A stretch of DNA of 64,000 nt from Azolla caroliniana (lineage: Eukaryota; Plantae; Polypodiophyta): contig JBHGNT010000011.1 of assembly GCA_043228905.1 (NCBI GenBank), forward strand, positions 6,324,001 to 6,388,000. The letters run 5' to 3'. The position numbers were made by a program, and so were the translations under genes. This document shows positions 1 to 10,849 of this stretch, piece after piece. Position 1 is the first letter of the stretch. Each line of letters begins with the position of its first letter. The notes under the pieces were generated by a model. That model saw only the letters and a list, made by a program, of their open reading frames with translations, did not search any database and was not told the DNA's origin.

Positions 1-99
1 ATGCCTCTCGCATTGCTGCAGTTTGTTTGGGGGATTGCAATACAACTCTCCCAAATGAGTGGAGAAAACTGACAGGTAAAATTGTTGCTTGTCTCTATA

Positions 100-2480
100 G
101 TGTAGTAGGTAATTAGTTACATCTTAGCTAATTAGCTAAGCCGTATAAAGTGTGGTAGCTATTTAGTTGTCATGGTTTAGTAGTGTAGTAGCTATTTAGC
201 TACAACGTAGGTAATTGTAATTAGCTACACCGTATGTAATTAGCTAAGCGGTATAAAGTGTAGTAGCTAATTAGCTACAATGTAATGTTATACTACTTAG
301 CTAAGCAATATCAAGAGTGGTAGCTAATTAGTTATTGCCATACTTAAGTACAATATCTAATTAGCCAAGATGTAGCTAATTAGCTACTATCATACTTAAG
401 TAGAATAGCTAATTAGCTACTGCCAATCTATAGTCTAACAACTAATTAGCTAAGATGTAGCTAATTAGCTAAGCAATATCAAGAGTGGTAACTAATTAAC
501 TATTGCCATAGTTAAGAAGAATAGCTAATTAGCTAAGATGTAGCTAATTAGCTACTGCCAACCTATATTATAAGAGCTAATTAGCTACTAACATACTTAT
601 TAAGTAGAATAGCTAATTAGCTTTAAAGATATAGCTAATTAGCTACTGCCAATCTATAGTCTAACAACTTCTTAGCTAATTAGCTAAGCAATGTCAATAG
701 TGGTTACAACTAATTAGCTACTACCATAGTCAAGAAGAATTGCTAATTAGCTAAGATGTAGCTAATTAGCTACTGCTAGCCTATAATCTAGGAGCTAATT
801 AGCTATAATGTAGGTAATTAGCTACTACCATACTTAAGTAGAATAGCTAATAAGTTATGATGTAGCTAATTAGTTACTACTAATCTATAGTCTAGCAGCT
901 AATTAGTTAAGGTGTAGCTAATTAGCTAAGTAGTATCAAGAGTGGTAGCTAATTAACAATTGCCTTAGTTAACAAGAATAGATAATTAGCTAAGATGTGG
1001 CTAATTAGCTACTGCCAGCCTATAGTCTAGCATCTAATTAGCTAATTAGCTACAATGTAGCTAATTAGTTAAGTGGTAACTAATTCGCTACTACCATACT
1101 GATAGGGTGTATAAGACAGATGATAGTCATACACAATATGCGGGCTTGATCAAACTGATTAGATGGAGTTGTGAATTATAATAGATTATATAGATCTAGG
1201 TAACTACGATTTAGAGAGGAAAACTCAAGAAATTAAGATAAAAGGTAGGGAAGATGAGAAAAAGATAAGAATGTTATAATATTCCACTTCAAGTCAATAC
1301 AAAGAGGATAAACTCCACAATGAACTTTAAAACCAAATACCTTCTTACTACCCATCACTCAAACCCACTACTAAGAACCATCTTCTTCCACTAAGATACC
1401 TCTTCCTAATACTCCTCTCCCTCTCTTAGGACCTCCACTTCTTCTTTTATAATTTTCTTCTTCTTCCTCGTTCACGGTATTTTTAGAAGCTTTTTATCTC
1501 CTATTTTTAGCTAAGACCCAATGACCTTCTAATCGTCATATCTCCCTCATCAGAACTCCAAATTTAGTGATTGAAAAACCATAGATAGCTCTCTTTACAA
1601 GCTTTCTAATCCATATTTAAACATAATATTTGGGTTATGACCATTCCATTTTTACTGTTTTTTATGATCCGCTTTTTCTCTTTTTACTTTTCCCTTGGTC
1701 TCTTACTTTTACTTTTGACTTCTTCCTAAGGTCTTGGTTCATGTTCTTAGCCTCCAAATGTGAATTATCCATACTTTATATTCTTCTAATGTTCAATGGC
1801 TTAGATTCTAAAAACACTTTCACACATACTTAAGTAGAATAGCTAATTAGCTAAGTGGTAGCCAATGTAACTAATTAGTTAAGTGATAACTAATTCGCTA
1901 CTACCATACTTAAGTAGAATAGCTAATTAGCTAAGTGGTAGCTAATTAACTATTGCCAATCTATAGTCTAGCAACTAATTAGTTAAGGTGTAGCTAATTA
2001 GCTAAGTAGTATTAAGAGTGGTAGCTAATTAGCTACTGCCATAGTTAAGAAGAATAGCTAATTAGCTACTGCCAGCCTATAGTCTAGCAGCTAATTCGCT
2101 ACAATGTAGCAAATTAGCTAAATGGTAGCTAATTCACTACTACCATACTTAAGTAGAATAGTTAAATAGCTAAGTGGTAGCTAATTAGCTATTGCCAATC
2201 TATAGTCTAACAACTAATTAGCTAAGCTGTAGCTAATTAACTAAGCAACATCAAGAATGGGAGCTAATTATCTACTGCCATAGTTAAGAAGAATATCTAA
2301 TTAGGTAAGATGTAGCTAATTGGTTGGCATAGGAGCTAATTAGCTACAATGTAGTAGTATCGAGCTAAGTGGTAGCTAATTCGCTATTGTCATACTTAGT
2401 TAAGATGTAGCTAATTAGCTAGGATGTAGTAGTATCGAGCAATATCGAGAGTGGCCGCTAATTAGCTACCATGTTTAGTT
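100..2480. repeat. Degenerate array built on the palindrome AGCTAATTAGCT (intronic), interrupted by a solo LTR
   Basis: Dozens of AGCTAATTAGCT variants in longer units. The array lies between a donor (AG|GTAAAA, ~75) and an acceptor (TTGTAG, ~2541). Confidence 0.9.
1100..1824. mobile_element. Solo LTR (725 bp)
   Basis: Starts TG and ends CA, with a 5-bp TSD CATAC (1095-1099, 1825-1829). Removing it restores the repeat unit CTACCATACTTAAGTAGAAT. Confidence 0.85.
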
Positions 2481-2541
2481 GGCAACTAAGGTGATAGAAA
2501 ACCCTAGGAGAAGCCGTTAATTAGTTGACATATTGTTGTAG

Positions 2542-3053
2542 AATCTCGTGGATTAAGGAGGTTGCATGACGTGTTCGGTGCCAATGACGCCACAACCGAT
2601 GAGGAGATAACTGGCAACGTGGTTGAAAGTAAGAGTCTTGTTATCACATCTCCTTCAGATAAGCTCCACCCTATTCTTTTGGAAGATTGTACTAAATTAG
2701 GCAATGTTGTGAAAAGCCATGAAATATTGGAAACAACATGTAAATCTGAGGTTCATAACAACAATGTTTTTGAACACTTGATGCAACATTTCTTTGAATC
2801 CCAAAACCTTGATTCAACCCCATTGAGCCCAACTACTGATGATATCCCACCAGATCCCACTGTACTTGAAAAGCTAGTGCGAGACGCGGTTGACGTGCAA
2901 GCTGCTGTTGAGGCGATGGAAAGGTTGTCGGAGGAGGACACACTTGTGCAATGGGTGAAAGAAGCAAGGCTAAATGGGCAACCGGCTAGAAAAGGGCTGA
3001 GGAAGAGGCCACGATCGGGGACAAGACCAGTTACTCGGTCACGGGGCTCTTGA
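2542..3053 (+). pseudogene. Last exon of the RING-finger cargo gene (copy 1)
   Basis: ORF 2562-3053 follows an acceptor. Its 3' half is duplicated at 31712-31880. Confidence 0.5.
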
Positions 3054-3323
3054 ATTGGAGCTAATTACTACCAATTATTGATAAGTGGGATATGACTGTT
3101 AGCTATTTTCCTCGAAAATTATGAAGATTTTCTATGATCTATTTGGACAAGTAAAACCTCAGATTGGTTGTTGCTTGATCCACATTATGTAATGGAACTC
3201 TATGATGGATATTGAGATAATATTTTTATTTTGTTGCAGAATATTTCATGTTCATTACGTTGTTTTGTGAGACTATTAGCTACTTTGTGAGTGTGAATAT
3301 GTTGGTGTTTTTTGATGTTGTAG

Positions 3324-4026
3324 AGTCTAAAGGGTTTGAATCTATTGCTCCTAAGGCCGATGGCAGTGTGGAAACTATTGATGTTGTTGTGTGTTTAGAG
3401 GGCCCCATCTTGAAAGTAGATGTAGCAACTGACACAAATGATCTGGTCACACAAGTAGATCAAGCATGTTGCATAGATGATCTGATTTTGTAGGTAGATG
3501 CAACATGTGATAGTAGTGGGCTGATATCGACTAGAGAAGTATCTACATGCACTGAGGTAATGCCAGGACCGATGACACAATCGACTATACAAGAGCAAAA
3601 CAGTGTGTAGCCAGGCCCAATGACTGCACAACAACAATACAAGGTGAAGCCAGACCTAACGACACAGTTGACCAGGGATTTGAAGAGGAAAAGGACACCA
3701 ATTGTGTCAACAAAACATGAGTTGATTGAAATTGATCGTGGGTTACCAATACTTGGCGTAACACAGGCTCAGTTATAGGAATGGAAACCTAAACCATTAG
3801 AAGATGAAAGAAGAGCCTTGATCTTGGAGCTTGATAAAGTCCTGATGAGTGTGAGATATATGCAGCCAAGGAGGGACGCGAATCAATTTCTAGAGTGGGT
3901 TGTGCAATACTTTGATTTGTTTATTTGGAGTGAAAAACCACGTACAGATGTGTGGAAGTGTGTCGAAAGATTCTTCCGAAATGGCAACAACATTTCAAGG
4001 GTCTGTGGACACGAGAAAAATGTGAG
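3324..4026 (+). pseudogene. Truncated FCP1/NIF-like phosphatase-domain gene (copy 1)
   Basis: Paralog of 32150-32853, with in-frame stops. Contains LILELDKVL...FDLFIWS. Confidence 0.65.
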
Positions 4027-4228
4027 TAGAAGGATAAGGATGTTCCAAAATATTTCTAGAATGTTCTAGAAAGTTCCAGAAGTTTCTCTGATACAATAAT
4101 CACTATGAAAAGTAGCCCTTATCATTTCACGTTCTGATAGGTTAACTTAATGGTTAGGCTTCGAATTTCGTAATACAAAGTCGTGGGTTCAAGTCCAATT
4201 GAAGCATAATGTTCACGGATTCATGACA
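4027..4228 (-). mobile_element. Fragment (U3 end) of an LTR related to element A, with a tRNA-like segment
   Basis: Shares TTTCTAGAATGTTC, A/B-box-like motifs and the terminal ATGACA with the element A LTR (6450-6600). Confidence 0.7.
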
Positions 4229-4609
4229 ATACCGCCTCCCCTTTTTTATCTAATTCTTACTCTACCCGCCCCCCTTATTTTGAAGAATTCCATTCAAACA
4301 CCCCACAATTTCCTTCCATTTATCACGCTACACCTCCCCCATCATCATTTAATTATCATAATGCCCTTCCCCAACTTTTTTCAAATCCTTACTCTACCCC
4401 TACCCCCTTAATTAACCCACATCACTCCCATTATACTTATCATTCCCCACCCAACACATCCTCATTCCACTCATATCCCCCCCCACACATCCTCAATATT
4501 ACACTAACCCCCCCCACCTTTTCTTCCTAACACAAAAACCCCCAAATTTTATTCTAACACTCCCTCACATAAAAATTATAAACACTTAAAAATACATCAA
4601 AACCTTGTC

Positions 4610-4640
<31 letters not shown>

Positions 4641-4789
4641 AAACCACTAGGAGACCCACAAACTAGTATACCAAAAAGCGGTTAGCCAGGCGTGCTAAGC
4701 ATGTTAACAAACAGTTTAGACACGCCATACACCCTAGTAAGCATTTATTCTACCTACTTAATAGATCCCCCTCCAGCCAAGACACGTGT

Positions 4790-6129
4790 ATGTGGTTTGG
4801 TGGAAAACAGAAACTATTTCCCTTCCTTCCACACCCCAAATCCCGAAATAAAAAACCTAGAACCAACTTTTGGAAACCTCTTACTAGTACACAAGTAATT
4901 CATAGAAAAATCCATAACCTCTCTAAACATAGCCTCACTAAAAATGAAACGCAATTGCTCAACATAGGCCTTAAGTACATCCCACCATCCCCACCTCCCT
5001 CCCCCAACAATATCCTAAATGAATTCACCCCCCTCTATAGATCCCTCAAGCTAAAACATTTTTTTTAGAGATACAACTTCACTTCCTCTCAACCCCTTCA
5101 AACTACCTAACCCTAGTTGGATGTCACCCATAGAATATCCACCCCTAGTCTCCATCATAGAAAAACACCAACACATCCTTAACCAAATAGTACACAACAC
5201 TAAGCCCAAAAACACTAGAGTCCCATACCACCTCTCTAGAGCCCTTAAAAGCCTCCAAAACAACAAACACATTATCATCCTCCCAGCCGATAAAAATATG
5301 GGAGTATGTGTTCTAGATTAAGACACATACTACACCACAGCCATAGAACACCTCTCAAATTCTACCACCTATAAGAAAGTCAGCCACTTCCCCTTGGAAG
5401 AGTTACTATACTACCTCAATAACATAATAACAAAACGCTTAGGTACATTTTCCCTAACTAAAGCCAATTTCATCCTCCACAAACCCAAAAAAGGATATCA
5501 AGTATCCGACCTCTACTTCCTCCCTAAATTACTCAAAACACCTATAGGTTTTTGACCCATTTGTTCATATAATAACTCCTTATGTGAACAAACATCAAAG
5601 TGGTTAGACCACCAACTTCTACCCATCCTCCTTCTACAACCACAATATCTAAAAGACTCCCACACACTAATCCAATCACTAGAAAACCTACACCCACCAT
5701 CTAATAGTTTCTTATTCACGTTTGACGTTGAATCTCTCTATCCTAGTATCCCCCTTAAGCTAGAACTCCAAGCCCTACGTAGTCTAATCACCACCCACTT
5801 TTCCCCTTCGAAAACTAATCTCATCTATACCCTTAGTACCCTTGTTTTAGAATATCATTATCTCACTTTCGAAGACATAGTCTAGCAACAAATAAAAGGT
5901 ATGGCCATGGGCAACAACTTTTCAGTTGTATATGCCTACCTCTTTTTAGTATATCTCAAAAACTTACAACCATGGCCCCCCCATCTCTTCTACTTCACCC
6001 GCTATATTGATGATGCATTTGGGGTATGAACAGGCACCAAATCTCAACTTTTAGAATATCTTGACTTTTACCCTCTACACACAAATAACTCCATCAAGCT
6101 TACTATTCAAACTTCCCCCTCTAGGCTAC
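4790..6129 (+). pseudogene. PLE reverse transcriptase, N-terminal/core part (stops and frameshift)
   Basis: Motifs IHNLSKHSLTKNETQLLNIGLKY, ILPADKNMGVCVLD, LYFLPKLLK, FDVESLYPSIP, QIKGMAMG and RYIDD (YIDD at 6003-6014). Confidence 0.9.
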
Positions 6130-6258
6130 TGTCAGGAACTCTATTAAGGCAGAGAAGGAATTAGTACTAAAAGAAGGATTAGTACTATTGTTGGGGAATA
6201 GTACTAAGACAGAGAAGGATTAGTACTATGAGAGGTGTCGAACTTTGAGAGAAGGAAT

Positions 6259-6310
<52 letters not shown>

Positions 6311-6600
6311 TGATGCGAAAGATATATGTATTATATGACGGAAGATATACAACAGTAGTTAGAAGGCTTAAGACTGGCGTTGAACCGATTTGGTTCGAAC
6401 TAATGCCTTGCGCCTCCTTTTATAGTGTCTTCAGGAATACTCCTGAAGTTTCTAGAATGTTCCAGAGAAATCTGGAATATACATCAATTTCCCAATAAAA
6501 CCTAAATGAAAATAATATCCTTCAAATTACAATTCATAACCTAATGGTAAAGTCTCGACCCGTGTAACAAAAGGTTATGGGTTCGAGTCTAGTTATGACA
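6130..6600 (-). repeat. Element A 3' LTR (471 bp)
   Basis: Identical by eye to 25868-26330 except (GA)22 versus (GA)18. Confidence 0.97.
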
Positions 6601-9600
6601 CTATCCCCCCTTTAAAACGACGAGTTTCACGAGTCGTTTTGGATTGAGGACCCGGTTTCTCGGGATATCGTCGATGGAAGTCTTCTAGAAGAGCACGAGC
6701 ATTGGTCACATTCTCGATCGGTTCCCAAGTACGCTCGCTGGGACTATATCCTAGCCAATCGACTAGATAGTAGAGCTTGTTGCGAACAATCTTGGAATCG
6801 AGGATGGCAGCGACCTCATACTCAGGTCCATCTTCGAGCTCGATAGGAGGTGGAGGTTGTATAGTACGTCCTGGGATAGTGCTCTCGTGATAGGGTTCGA
6901 GGAGAGAACTATGAAACACCGGGTGTATCCGAAGTTGCGGAGGTAGCTCGAGACGAAAAGCGACATCATTAATCTTCCCGATAATACGGAAAGGACCTAA
7001 TCGCCGATAATCCAACTTCTCACATGGGCGAGTAGTCTTGATGTGTCGTCGTAGCAGCCACACCCGATCTCCAATGTTAAAACTGGATGGAAGTCGATGA
7101 CGATCTGCGTAGTCCTTGTGTGATTGTTGAGCTTGCTGGAGTTGAGTAGATAAATCCGCTTGTATCTTGCGTAACCGCTCCAAACGATCCTCCGCGCAAG
7201 GATTTGTGGACACTTCTGGGGTTTCAAGGACACACCACCGGGGATGATATCCCGTATAAGCGTAGAATGGCGTGACTTTAGTCGATGCGTGGATAGCGTT
7301 ATTATAGGCAAATTCGGCGAACGGAAGAATATCTGCCCAGTCATTCTGATGATAGTTGAGAAAGCACCGCAGATACTGCTCCAGTGTTTGATTTGTTCGT
7401 TCGGCTTGACCGTCGGTTTGTGGGTGGTAGCCGGAGGAGAGGTTACAAGTGACCTTCAGCATTTTAAAAAGGTGCTTCCAGAATTTTGACACAAATTGGG
7501 GTCCACGATCGCTGATGATATTATCAGGGAGTCCATGATGCCGACATACTTCCCGCATGACAATTTCGGCGGTGTCTTCACTAGATATTTCTTTAGTACA
7601 TGGTAAGAAATGAGCCATCTTCGTATATCGATCCACCACTGTGAGAATCGCACTGAATCCCTTAGAGACTGGAAGATCTGTAATGAAGTCAAGAGCAATG
7701 GATTGCCATGGCTTGCTTGGAATTGGTAATGGTTCTAATAAACCATATGGATGATGTCTTGGCATTTTCGCTCTGCAGCATGTATCGCAAGTCCGAACAA
7801 AATCTTCGACAAATTGTCGCATACGGGGCCACCAGAATGATCGTTGTACTAAATCTAATGTTTTAGTACTACCAAAATGTCCTGCTGTATATGTGTCATG
7901 GCAGTTTTGTACTACTCGAAGGCGGCAAGAACCATTAGGAACATACAAAAGTTCTTTAAAGAAGAGTAATCCATCACAGTATTTGAATTGCCGATAATCC
8001 GTACCTGGTGATTGTGATTGTGAACATGACGCTCGAGAGGGGTCAATTTGTGCTAGTATAGCTTGGGCGAAAGCGTCAGTCTTCAAGTCCTCACGTATAG
8101 TATTGGTAATGTCGGAATCCACGGGCATGTCAAAGACCTGTGCTGCTTGCAGTCGTGCTGGACCCAAGATTACTTGCTTCTGGTTATCGAAAGCTGGCTC
8201 ACCGGGACGTGGTGTTAGATACGAACGCCGTGATAATGCATCTGCCTTCCCTTGGTGCTTCCCCGGACGATATGTAATTTTGAAGTCGAAGCGTGTGAGG
8301 AAGTGGGCCCACCGAGCTTGACGTCGATTCAGTACACGAGCATCTTGAAAGTAGGCAAGGTTCTTGTGGTCACTGAATACAGTGACCTGATGAGGAGATC
8401 CCTCCAGGAAATGCCTCCATTGCATAAAAGAATCAACTATTGCTAATAGCTCTTTATCATGAATTTCGTAGTTGATTTCGGCGGCGTCAAACTTACGGGA
8501 GTGGAAAGCCACAGGATGTAGCTTCTCGTCGTTACCCTGTTGTGACAGAATGCTCCCCAATGCGAAATCCGATGCATCAGCTTCGATAATGAATGGTTTT
8601 TCCGGATCCACATGACCTAAAATTGGAGCTGATGTAAACGCCTTCTTAAGACTCTCGAAAGCCATGTCCGTCTCTTTAGACCAAATGAATGATTGTCCCT
8701 TCCTGGTGAGCTGTGTGAGAGGCAGCACAATTTTTGAGTAATTTTGTATGAACTTCCGGTAGAAATTTGCAAAGCCTAGGAAGCAATGCACATCCCACAC
8801 CGAACGCGGAGTGTGCCATTCTATCACCGTTTTGACCTTGGCTGGGTCCATAGATATGCCTTCTGAGGAGATGACATAGCCGAGAAACTCCACTTGGTTG
8901 CACCCGAAACTACATTTCTCTAATTTTGCATACAGACCATGTTCTCGAAGTCGTTTTAGTACTAATAGTACATGAGAATCATGTTCTTCTTGGGTCTTTG
9001 AATAAACCAGTAGATCATCCAAATAGATGATCAAAAAATCATCCAAGAGATCTCGAAATATATCATTCGCCATGTGCTGGAAGACTGCCGGCGCATTAGT
9101 GAGTCCGAACGGCATGACCGTATACTCGAAGTGCCCATATCTGGTGCGAAACGCGGTCTTCCATTCATCTCCTGGTCGGATCCGTACGAGGTTATAGGCT
9201 CCTCGTAAGTCGATCTTCGTGAAGAACCTGGCACCGTTGATCCGTTCTAAAAGACTTGAGATAAGGGGAAGAGCATACCTATTTCTTACTGTGACCTTAT
9301 TCAAGCCACGGTAATCTACAACGAGTCGAAGCGAGCCATCTTTTTTCTTGACGAAGAAAATGGGTGCGCCGGCTGGAGATTTCGAATGCCGAATGAAACC
9401 GTTCTCCAAATTCTCCTCTATATAGGCTCGAAGGACTTCTAGCTCGGTTGGTGACAAATTGTAGATCGGCCCCCATGGCGGCTCTTTTCCCGGTTGTAAG
9501 TCGATGGCGCAGTCGTACGGCCGATGATGAGGAAGTGTGTTGGCTTGTACTTTATCGAACACATCAGCATACTGACGATACTTCTCGGGAAGTTGAACGG

Positions 9601-10017
9601 TGGACTCCTCTTTGGTGGTGCTGGAGGGTTGTACTGATATTGCAAAGAGAAACATTTCCTCCTTGCGCCCTTCCTCACGCAACTGACGTAGCGAAATGGT
9701 TGCAACCTTCTGGGTAGATCCTTGGGTTTGTCGCAACCGGATTTCCCTTGTCCTCCAATCTATGTCTGGGTCATGTAACTCTAACCATGGTAATCCTAAA
9801 ACTATGGGATGTTCTGGAATACTAATAATATTAAATGATACTACACATGTTAAGTTATCTAGGACAATATTAACGGGTTCCGACTCTTCTATGATATTAC
9901 CAGAAGCAATGGGACGACCATCAATGACTACTACTGAGGCTGGACATGGGAGCTTTCTGAGAGATATCTGATGAGCTCGGGCAAAATTCCTATCCATGAA
10001 GCAAGAATTAGCTCCGG
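6593..10017 (-). CDS. Element A pol (C-terminal half of protease, RT, RNase H, integrase, chromodomain)
   Basis: Motifs YLDD, MPFGL, ADAS, HHCC integrase, GPF and the chromodomain EYEVAAILD...YLVDWLGY...TWEP. The N-terminus (..LLDSG) lies at 24464-24640, beyond element B. Confidence 0.95.
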
Positions 10018-10811
10018 TGTCGTAGTGTAGGTTGCACACTATGCGGAAATTATATTTTTGTCCCTCCGGATAGAGAATGGAGTGCTCGGTGAGAACCGGA
10101 AGAAAACGGCATACCGGCAAGGAAGAAAACGGCATACCGGCAAGGAAGAGCCGGATAAAGAGACATAAATGTAAAAAAGAAGGAAATACTCACTACTGCG
10201 CAGAGCGTGATTCAAACTCTGCACCTCCACGTTGACAAACCTCAACCTTACCATTACATTAACTTATCTTAAGTGTTTTAAATATAGATTTAATATGTAT
10301 AAGACCTTTATTTATGCATACCTTTATTAAAAGGTAAATCGTGTATTTCTTTAATATATGAAAAAGAAAAAAAAACACGAGACACTAAAAATAACTCATG
10401 CACATCTAGCGTGCATGAGCCCTATACTTAGGAAATAAAAAAGCATCACATGCACATTTTTAGGGGACATGAACACTTTTTGTAAAAAAAAAAAAAAAGC
10501 ATGAAGCCATGCTTAGCTTTTTTTCCTTATATAAGGAGGAGAGAAATATGTAAAGGGTTGTTGATTATTTGGATTAAGAATTAATCAATACAAAAATTAT
10601 TCGTGGGATTCACGATTTATACGTCTACTTCTCTCTTAACACCCTAAGTACCAATTAATATAGTATACTCGTGTGATTCACGAGTTTCTTATCTTTCTCT
10701 TTGCTATTTACTCATAATTAATCTCTATCTCACGAACTTCTTTCTCCTAGTCCAAGACCTCTGTGGTTCCCACCCGACTCACGCAACGATCCGGAGCCGA
10801 AAGGCACGACA
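10018..10811 (+). repeat. Element B 5' LTR (794 bp)
   Basis: Same as the 3' LTR except two versus three copies of the 23-bp unit AAGAAAACGGCATACCGGCAAGG. Confidence 0.97.
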
Positions 10812-10815
10812 CAGT

Positions 10816-10832
10816 TGGTGAACCCGACGTGA
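10816..10832 (+). promoter_or_regulatory. PBS complementary to the tRNA-Trp 3' end (element B)
   Basis: TGGTGAACCCGACGTGA starts after a 4-nt spacer following the LTR. The identical PBS occurs in element C. Confidence 0.85.
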
Positions 10833-10849
10833 AGACGGGTGGCAAGGAG

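Larger units (their letters stand above)
1..4026 (+). mobile_element. Partial paralogous copy of the RING/FCP1-like cargo segment of the AGCT-repeat DNA element
   Basis: 1-110 matches 31178-31290 and ~2885-4026 matches ~31712-32853 at high identity. Both copies share the same AGCTAATTAGCT-filled intron. Similarity stops at ~4026. Confidence 0.85.

Noticed and set aside
6530-6600. Functional tRNA-Thr gene (also 4139-4200 and 26260-26330)
   Set aside because: The acceptor and anticodon stems do not pair properly and the sequences are integral LTR ends. Reported as tRNA-like only.
10018-10135. N-terminal 39 aa of the 1180-aa ORF (6593-10135)
   Set aside because: Chance read-through into the antisense strand of B's LTR. 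The true N-terminus of A pol is at 24464-24640.
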